Virus record (IMG/VR): IMGVR_UViG_3300035204_002103
Location: 7,843-71,842 of that record
Direction: 5' to 3' (one strand)
Source of the DNA: a virus
DNA length: 64,000 nt
In this document: one piece after another, positions 57,082 to 64,000 of the stretch
How positions within the stretch are numbered: the stretch's first letter is position 1
How the letters are laid out: each line of letters opens with the position of its first letter
Notes under the pieces: generated by a model
Told to the model about the DNA's origin: nothing
Databases searched by the model: none
Seen by the model: only the letters and a program-made list of their open reading frames with translations
Made by a program: the position numbers and the translations under genes

Positions 57082-57141
57082 ATTAATAATTACACAACAA
57101 ATAAGTGTTGACTTATATTAAAAAACTAATATCATCAAAGA

Positions 57142-57441
57142 ATGGAGGATGTTACAATACCTAAAGAGGAGGGGTTAAGGATAGCCTTATCAATAGTAAG
57201 CGGTAAAACCAATCGAAAAGAGTTTGGTAGCTCGGCTTTACGGGAGACTGAATTAATATTAAAAAATATTCTAAACACCATTGAGGTAGAGAAGGAAATC
57301 TCAAAAAAACCACAGGCGAAGGAAAAAAAGCCAAATAAGAAACGCGCATTATCACCATCGCAAAAGAAGAATCTTGATGTAGCGGAGAGATACATTAAGA
57401 AACTAACTGGCAAAACAATTCGTGATCTTGAATTAAGTTAA
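57142..57441 (+). CDS. Hypothetical protein
   Basis: TTGACT 34 nt before the ATG. Confidence 0.6.
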   Translation: MEDVTIPKEEGLRIALSIVSGKTNRKEFGSSALRETELILKNILNTIEVEKEISKKPQAKEKKPNKKRALSPSQKKNLDVAERYIKKLTGKTIRDLELS

Positions 57442-57483
57442 AAAACTTCTTGACTTAATTAAAAAACGTGTTATATTAGAAAC

Positions 57484-57810
57484 ATGATCGAACAATGGTA
57501 CGAGGTCAGAGTAGATGGGGAAAAGGTAGCGGCTTACGCTCCCGCACCTTCTAAAATGGAAGGATGCCCTTTTTTAAGAGAGGAGGCTCTTGGGGAATCG
57601 TTAGCAAAAGCTCACAAATTGTTGGAGAACACAAGGCATGACCTTTACAAAGATAAAGTTTTGAGCATTGTAGCTTGTAGAGATAGAAACCCAAGCCGTT
57701 ACGCTGAATTAGTTGTCCATGAAGAACACCCAACGGTATTTGAAGATGAAGTGCCTAATGGGTGTGTCGAACCACTACCAGCAGAACTCTTTATGAAGGA
57801 GGTTGAATAA
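57484..57810 (+). CDS. Hypothetical protein
   Basis: TTGACT..TATATT leaderless-type promoter. Confidence 0.65.
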   Translation: MIEQWYEVRVDGEKVAAYAPAPSKMEGCPFLREEALGESLAKAHKLLENTRHDLYKDKVLSIVACRDRNPSRYAELVVHEEHPTVFEDEVPNGCVEPLPAELFMKEVE

Positions 57811-57812
57811 TT

Positions 57813-58190
57813 ATGAATATTAAATGGGAGAACAATAGCAGGGTGCAGCGTTTGTATGCTGAAGGTAAAATTAATCAAGAGGACATTATCAAACGCACTC
57901 AAACCGACAACTTTCCAATGGAAGCGGCAACGGTAAGATTGGCGAAAGTAAAAGAGAAGAACCCTAACATTACGATTCACATTCGCGGCCCCAAGGAGCA
58001 GACTAAAAGTTGGAATGGTAATGCTTTCGAGTATGCAATTACCTGTCGAGTAAACTTTGGCGGCACACAATGGCGAACCAATACAGCTAACATGACGATG
58101 AACTCAAATGGTGAGCTTCACCAAGATTATGATTGGCAAGACGTCCACAATGTAGTGACCAGAGTAAAAGAAGTGATGGATATAAATTAA
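57813..58190 (+). CDS. Hypothetical protein
   Basis: ORF in run. Confidence 0.6.
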   Translation: MNIKWENNSRVQRLYAEGKINQEDIIKRTQTDNFPMEAATVRLAKVKEKNPNITIHIRGPKEQTKSWNGNAFEYAITCRVNFGGTQWRTNTANMTMNSNGELHQDYDWQDVHNVVTRVKEVMDIN

Positions 58191-58192
58191 CG

Positions 58193-58227
58193 CTTGACTT
58201 TCTTAAAAAAACTGGTACATTAGTAGT
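58193..58227 (+). promoter_or_regulatory. Sigma70-like promoter abutting ATG (near-identical copy at 62306-62340)
   Basis: CTTGACTTTCTTAAAAAAACTGGTACATTAGTAGT-ATG. Confidence 0.8.
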
Positions 58228-58425
58228 ATGTTAGATTATTCAAAAATTGACGATGTAGAAATTGAAGGGATTGATTACGGTGACTCTCCTGACTTTTGTG
58301 ACGCATACGTCTCAAGAGCAAGATATGATGATCCCAAGCATGGTTACAGACAATTAACTGATGATGAACTAGAGAGCCTTGACGTTGATTGGGTACACGA
58401 ACAAGTAGAAAGCTGGATTTATTAA
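58228..58425 (+). CDS. Small acidic phage-type protein
   Basis: GID..D.PDFCDAY...A.Y....LTDDELE.L. Confidence 0.7.
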   Translation: MLDYSKIDDVEIEGIDYGDSPDFCDAYVSRARYDDPKHGYRQLTDDELESLDVDWVHEQVESWIY

Positions 58426-58700
58426 TGAGAAACTACGAACTAATCAAAGAGATTTATGAAGTATGTTTGACTTCTCCTTACCATGAGGACATGATTGCAG
58501 ATATGAAACACGAAAATGGCTGCACTTCTATGAGGGATGAAGTAAGCATGGAAACTTGGATACTGTATGATTTACAAACAGAATACATTATTAGTCTAAT
58601 TGAAAAGAACCGTCCCGAAATAGCAGGGAAGCTACCTACGCATGAAAGCAAGATGGAAGAAATGAGGAAATACCCTCATCGAGATAACCACATGGATTAA
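58425..58700 (+). CDS. Hypothetical protein
   Basis: TAATG coupling to previous ORF. Confidence 0.55.
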   Translation: MRNYELIKEIYEVCLTSPYHEDMIADMKHENGCTSMRDEVSMETWILYDLQTEYIISLIEKNRPEIAGKLPTHESKMEEMRKYPHRDNHMD

Positions 58701-58843
58701 TTATGGAAGATAAAAGATACGACGAAAAAGGCGAACTGATACAGGACGGCGATGGTACTTGGGTATCGGGTTGGTACACGGTCGAGGATGATGATGGTAA
58801 TTGGTATCCAATTAAAGATAGAGACTAATAATTATTAAATAAT

Positions 58844-60010
58844 ATGAAACTACCTACGCTATATAAAAAGACCACTATTGGCAAAACACAAACTTGGGAA
58901 ATCGAAGTCATCGGTAATAAGTTTCGCTCAATTTCTGGACAGGCAGATGGAAAACTCCACATAAACCTCTGGACTACTTGCGAGGGAAAGAATGTAGGGA
59001 AGAAAAACGCTACCACTGGCGAGGAACAGGCACTCAAGGAAGCCGAAGCGAAGCACAAGAAAAAGCTGGAGGCTGGATACCATCTGAATGTTGAAAACAT
59101 TGAGAAGAAAAGGTTTTACGAGCCTATGCTTGCACAGGACTTCAAGAACAAGAATCGTCAGAAGGAAGTAATGTTTGAGATTGATGAGGAGGGCATTGGT
59201 GCGCCTGTATTCTCTCAACCCAAGCTGGATGGCATACGTTGTATTGCTATGAGGGAGGGATTGTTTACTCGTACTGGTAAGGAAATTACTGCCGTGCCTC
59301 ATATCCACGAAGCACTAAAGCCGCTCTTTGAGAAGTATCCTAATGCTACTCTTGACGGTGAATTGTATAATCATGCTTACAAAGACGATTTTAACAAAAT
59401 CATTCATCTCGTTCGTAAGCAAAATCTCACAGAAGAACATCTTGCGGAGAGTGCCGAGATGATTCAGTATCATATTTATGATGCCCCCGTGATTGGTGAG
59501 GGCAAGTATGTCCTTACTGAAAAGGATACTTTTTCAGACAGAACCTCAATGCTAGACGCACAGTATAGCAAGTTGAGTTTGATGAAACATGACTGCCTTG
59601 TGATGGTAGAAACTATTGAAATCCTCGGCAGAGAGCAACTAGACCGTTGCTATGAAGATTATGTAGAAGCGGGATATGAAGGGCAAATGATTAGGCTTGA
59701 CGGGCCTTACGAGAATAAACGCTCATCCAAATTGCTCAAGCGAAAGGAATTTGTTGACGAAGAATATGAGATTCTTGGATACGATGAAGGCACAGGTAAT
59801 CGAGAAGGAACCATCAAGCACTTTAAGTTCAAAAACAAAGACGGTAGAGAGTTCAATTCAAATGTTAAAGGCACGTTTGAATATATGGCAGAGCTATTGG
59901 AGCGAGGTGATGAGCTTGTCGGTAAGATGGCAACTATTAAATACTTTAACCTTACGCCCGATGGTGTACCAAGGTTTCCGTATGTGATAGCAATTAGGGA
60001 CTATGAGTAG
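58844..60010 (+). CDS. ATP-dependent DNA ligase
   Basis: PMLA, QPKLDGIR, LDGELY, YD, YEGQMIR, KRS..LLK.K, PRFP. Confidence 0.95.
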   Translation: MKLPTLYKKTTIGKTQTWEIEVIGNKFRSISGQADGKLHINLWTTCEGKNVGKKNATTGEEQALKEAEAKHKKKLEAGYHLNVENIEKKRFYEPMLAQDFKNKNRQKEVMFEIDEEGIGAPVFSQPKLDGIRCIAMREGLFTRTGKEITAVPHIHEALKPLFEKYPNATLDGELYNHAYKDDFNKIIHLVRKQNLTEEHLAESAEMIQYHIYDAPVIGEGKYVLTEKDTFSDRTSMLDAQYSKLSLMKHDCLVMVETIEILGREQLDRCYEDYVEAGYEGQMIRLDGPYENKRSSKLLKRKEFVDEEYEILGYDEGTGNREGTIKHFKFKNKDGREFNSNVKGTFEYMAELLERGDELVGKMATIKYFNLTPDGVPRFPYVIAIRDYE

Positions 60011-60022
60011 GGTTAAATAAAT

Positions 60023-60472
60023 ATGAATAATTATTACGACGACAGCGAAGGCTATTGGGATGGTCTTGTAGAACGTGAAAAAAAAGAGCGAGAACGCCTT
60101 CAGAAGCGAATAGTTGAGCTTCAACCAGAAATGTATTTTTGGAATGTTGAGGATGAGGCGAACGAGAATGGTATGACCTTGCGTGGAATTAGTAATTTCG
60201 ACGAATTAAAGTTTATGTATCGAGAAGAACTTGATGGTTTTCAGTCTTGGGTGAAGTTAAGGAATGGATACATAGTATCCGTAGTGAGGCATGGAGCCTC
60301 TCATGGGCATGATAAGCGTGGACTGTTTGAAGTTGGGGTATTCCATGCGGATTCCGAAACTGAAATGCAGATGGTAACACCAGATGGTTGGGATGAGGAA
60401 GTAAAGGGTTGGCTTCAACCAATCCATGTGTTAGAAGAAATATCTAAATTAGATAAACAAGAAATTAATTAA
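60023..60472 (+). CDS. Hypothetical phage protein
   Basis: NGY.VSVV....S.G...GLFE....V.GWL pattern. Confidence 0.65.
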   Translation: MNNYYDDSEGYWDGLVEREKKERERLQKRIVELQPEMYFWNVEDEANENGMTLRGISNFDELKFMYREELDGFQSWVKLRNGYIVSVVRHGASHGHDKRGLFEVGVFHADSETEMQMVTPDGWDEEVKGWLQPIHVLEEISKLDKQEIN

Positions 60473-60500
60473 ACAAATACAAACCAAAAAGGAATCAACA

Positions 60501-61631
60501 ATGAAAGAATATAAGCAGTCAGAATACGACGAGAATCCTAATATGTTTACGGACACAGTGCCGAACATTGCAGCGAAATTATGGGAAGAAATTGGAGAGA
60601 TACTTTCCGAAAAAAAGAGTAAAGAGTATTGGGATAAAACACATGGAATGAATGGGCAGTTGCCATTTAGAGGCAATGATGGCGAACCCATCTTTTATCT
60701 TAACGACGAAAGCCCGAATAAACATCTTGGAGGAATTAGTTTACAAGGACACTTGTATGACGCTTTTCATAGAGGGAATATCGAGGGTCAGAAAAAACCC
60801 GTGAAAACCAAAAATGCTCTTAATAAGAGGTCAAAGCGAGGTCAGATTGTGCTGGAATATCAATCAACTTTAGATCACATAAATTATGTGATGGACAAGT
60901 ATGAGCAAGCTGGATGGCCTCCAAATTATCAACATCACGTTGGGTTGTCTAGCGAAATGGCAGAAAACGAAAAAAAAGCGATAGCAGAAGAAAAAAAGAA
61001 AGAGGTCGAACGCAAAGAGAGGGAAGAAGAAAAGAAAAAGGAAGATAAAAAAACGAAGGAGGAAGCTGAAAAAATCAAAACAGAAAAAGAGGAACCAGTT
61101 GTTCTCCCTGCTACGCAAGAAGATGTCTTACATGGTCGTACAGACTCGGAGGCTATCGAAATTCTAGCAATAGAAAAACGCACTTCCAGAGGTACTTACG
61201 TTTCTGTCGAAGATGGTAAGAAGCATAAAGGTTTTTATTATTTAAGAATTAGGGACAATGGTAAGGTTAAACATAGAACGCTCGGAACGAAGAACCTCAA
61301 CGAAGCGACAAAGCTCTATAACGAAGCTCTAAAGAATCATAAAGGGAAACCAATGTCTAAAGTTCAGCCTAATGGAGACGAGGTTGTTAGACGCTTAAAG
61401 CCCTCGATTATTGATACCGCAAAATCCAAAATAAAATCTCTCTTAAATGGATTCAAAAACGATAAACCAGTAAAGCCGAAGGAAGCTAATATGGAATATG
61501 TCGTTCGTAATAGCGACGATATTTTAGTAATTGTCCAAGCAACAGCAGAGTTAGAAGCTAAAGTCAAAGCCTTTGATAAGCTGGGTTTAAAACTAGACAA
61601 AGTAGAGCAAACATATAATCCTGACAAATAA
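60501..61631 (+). CDS. Hypothetical protein with charged coiled coil and arm-type DNA-binding-like segment
   Basis: E/K-rich linker, then YYLRIRDNGK...RTLGTKNLNEA. Confidence 0.6.
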   Translation: MKEYKQSEYDENPNMFTDTVPNIAAKLWEEIGEILSEKKSKEYWDKTHGMNGQLPFRGNDGEPIFYLNDESPNKHLGGISLQGHLYDAFHRGNIEGQKKPVKTKNALNKRSKRGQIVLEYQSTLDHINYVMDKYEQAGWPPNYQHHVGLSSEMAENEKKAIAEEKKKEVERKEREEEKKKEDKKTKEEAEKIKTEKEEPVVLPATQEDVLHGRTDSEAIEILAIEKRTSRGTYVSVEDGKKHKGFYYLRIRDNGKVKHRTLGTKNLNEATKLYNEALKNHKGKPMSKVQPNGDEVVRRLKPSIIDTAKSKIKSLLNGFKNDKPVKPKEANMEYVVRNSDDILVIVQATAELEAKVKAFDKLGLKLDKVEQTYNPDK

Positions 61632-61634
61632 TAT

Positions 61635-61829
61635 ATGAAAAATAACAGAATAAGATTGGAGAGAAACGACCTAGATAATGTGGCGTTAGTGTTAGATAAG
61701 GCAAACGAACATGGTATGGCGGCAGAAGTTATGTATAGTGCGCTTACAATGGCAGCAGAAGCAAATGAGCATGGACTCTCAATGAGAGAAGTGCTAGATG
61801 CGGCGTTAGGAGAGTGGGACATTAATTAA
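61635..61829 (+). CDS. Hypothetical protein
   Basis: ANEHG internal repeat. Confidence 0.6.
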   Translation: MKNNRIRLERNDLDNVALVLDKANEHGMAAEVMYSALTMAAEANEHGLSMREVLDAALGEWDIN

Positions 61830-61845
61830 ACTCGGAGTAAATAAA

Positions 61846-62055
61846 ATGCAAAAATTAATAAATAACTGGCAAGGATTGTTAATGTGGTTTGGGATTATTC
61901 TGATTATCTTTCTATTATTTGGTTGCGCTTCAAACAAGCAAACACCAAATAACGAGTGGGATGACCAGCGTTTTTTCGATCTTCTACATCTGGAGCAGAA
62001 CATTGTTCGCAAGAGCATTACGATTAAAGACTATACAATTAAAGAGGAGTGTTAA
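61846..62055 (+). CDS. Small lipoprotein
   Basis: LLFGC lipobox-like signal. Confidence 0.5.
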   Translation: MQKLINNWQGLLMWFGIILIIFLLFGCASNKQTPNNEWDDQRFFDLLHLEQNIVRKSITIKDYTIKEEC

Positions 62056-62305
62056 ATGCAGGAAATATTTTTAATTATTTATTTGAGTATTGTGTTAATG
62101 ATACCAGTGTTGATTACGACAGCTTTGTTAATGATTTTCTTATCTCTAATTTCCTTAATTAAGGGGAGATAAACAATTTTGTACCCTCTGGACGCACAAC
62201 ATACATCGCCTAATTCTCTTGGGTTTAGTGGTAATAGGTTGGGTTGCAAGAGAAAAGGATAAAAAAGATGGCCGATGAGGGTACAAAACTTTTTTGAAAA
62301 AACCT

Positions 62306-62340
62306 CTTGACTTTCTTAAAAAACCTGTTATATTAGTAGT
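62306..62340 (+). promoter_or_regulatory. Sigma70-like promoter abutting ATG
   Basis: CTTGACTTTCTTAAAAAACCTGTTATATTAGTAGT-ATG. Confidence 0.8.
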
Positions 62341-63135
62341 ATGATGCAGATGGACTTCATAGGACAACCTACAAAAGAGAAGCCAGAACAGGAGCAGGAG
62401 CAGTACCAGTTCTGGGGTGAGGATTTAACTATCCACGGGCATTGGCAACTATCCTTGGCTGCACAAGGCAAGCCTAACATTCCCGAAAAACCCATAGACT
62501 ACTCGATGGTTGATAAACTTTTTAACTCTTTTAATGTAGAAGAAGTAGAACGCTACAAAGAATATTGGGGAAGTATCGCCCCCAAGAATGATACAGAAGT
62601 TTTTCAGCGTTGGTTATTCGCTTTTATGTCAGTCCATACCACTTGGGAGAATAACGTGAAGGGGTATGAGGGCATTAAGGATTGGACTCAATGGTTCAAC
62701 GACGATAAGAAGCTCATGGACATCATTGTAGATGCCCGTGTTGGCTTACATAACAATCGTGTTCGATTCATTTCAGAATTTGCTCGTAAATTTTGGCAAG
62801 ACCCCGAATGGTATAAATACGATGGTGGAGATTGGCAGACTTTCCGCAACAGGTTAGTTAAGAGCATTTTAGGTCTTGGAATAGCCAAGGTATCTTTTGC
62901 CTTGGAGATGATTTACCCTTTAGAAGCTAAAGTGAGTTGCATGGATACGCATTTATTTCAAGCCTACGGTCTTGACCAAAGCAAAGATGCTCGTCGTTAT
63001 CAAGAGATTGAGGATTATTGGCTAGGTATGTGTTCCATGTGGGGTGTACCCTCTACTATTGCGAGAGCAATCTTATGGGATAGGAAACAAGAGCAACAAG
63101 ATAGCCGCTACTGGAGCTATGTATTGGAGGACTAA
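62341..63135 (+). CDS. HhH-family DNA glycosylase (Ogg2-like)
   Basis: LFAF.S, GL.N.R, R..LV..I.GLG.AK.SF, catalytic-type DTH. Confidence 0.7.
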   Translation: MMQMDFIGQPTKEKPEQEQEQYQFWGEDLTIHGHWQLSLAAQGKPNIPEKPIDYSMVDKLFNSFNVEEVERYKEYWGSIAPKNDTEVFQRWLFAFMSVHTTWENNVKGYEGIKDWTQWFNDDKKLMDIIVDARVGLHNNRVRFISEFARKFWQDPEWYKYDGGDWQTFRNRLVKSILGLGIAKVSFALEMIYPLEAKVSCMDTHLFQAYGLDQSKDARRYQEIEDYWLGMCSMWGVPSTIARAILWDRKQEQQDSRYWSYVLED

Positions 63136-64000
63136 ATGAAAAATCGGTACTGGATGAAATTGAGGTATGAAGATGGGCATGAGCGTTGGGAGCTTACAGC
63201 GGGTAAATACGCCAGTGAGCCAGCAGTCCGTAGAGCATACGAGGCGCGAGGCAAGTCATTACATTTTAAGATTGTAGAAGTGACAGTGGAGGAGAACTAA
63301 ATGAAAACAGCAGTAGAGATGTTATTGATTAGTGCTGATTGGTTTATCCTAGTCAATGTGGCAAAAGAGTTAAGGGTTTTAATATACGGCTGAATAAATT
63401 ATTAAAAATATTATGAAACAAGAAGTGGAAAAAATGGATTGGATTATCGAAGGAATCAGAGACAGTCTCCAAAAAATGAGAGACGCTAAAGAAGAATCAG
63501 AGTGGGACACAGTTGCACAGGGAGACGAAGCATGGGAATAAATTGGATAGGAGCATATAAAATGAACGGAAGAATGGTAGATAAAGATAGGATTGACAAC
63601 GGTTTAGCCTGTTTAGCAGATTGGCTGAAGTATAATACGGAGAGTGCTTGGAACCATGAGCATCGAGTTCTTTCTGACCATGACTATAATTATTATCAAG
63701 AAGTAATTGGAGCAGCAAGAGATAGATTAGCGGAGGATTAAATTATGACATTCAAAGAATACTTATCGCGTGATGACGCAAGCGCATCAGACAAAGAATT
63801 TCTCAAAGACTACGAGAAGGCTCAAGCAAAGACAGAAGAAGGCCCGATTAGCCACAACGGGAAAGATTATACTAAAGAACAAATCAACGAAATGAGGGAG
63901 CTACTTGCTGAATCCGAATTTGAAGGATTGAGAGACAAGGACTTGAAACAAGTGCTTTGGGACGGGTGCGTTGGTTGGGTAAACATTCCTGACGAAGATG

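Noticed and set aside
1-64000. Stop-codon reassignment
   Set aside because: Conserved genes are full length in the standard code, all three stop codons end genes, and no suppressor tRNA was found.

Overview
AT-rich, gene-dense 64 kb segment that most likely comes from a large dsDNA bacteriophage: no ribosomal or housekeeping operons, no virion structural genes in this window, host unknown. Positions 1-21.1 kb are mostly minus strand and hold a replication/nucleotide block (PHP-domain protein, PD-(D/E)XK nuclease, TOPRIM primase, DnaB, RecA, class Ia NrdAB, dNMP kinase, a sigma factor) with an inserted amino-acid catabolic trio (lysine/saccharopine dehydrogenase-like, aldehyde dehydrogenase, single-domain HPPD-like dioxygenase). 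Positions 21.2-64 kb are mostly plus strand: glycosyl-, sulfo- and methyltransferases, proteases, ThyX, GuaC, DNA ligase, two more sigma factors, a MotA/ExbB-type membrane module, a cytochrome c and many small ORFs. Six tRNAs are present, all with UNN anticodons. Main non-gene signals: (i) a GTGTAA motif exactly 14 nt before seven start codons, a probable phage-specific leaderless promoter, alongside sigma70-like leaderless promoters; (ii) a roughly 400-nt structured intergenic element with two tandem homologous modules (20.1-20.5 kb); (iii) further structured RNA candidates upstream of speD and at 38.5-38.8 kb. All calls come from motif recognition by eye; no database searches or folding programs were run.
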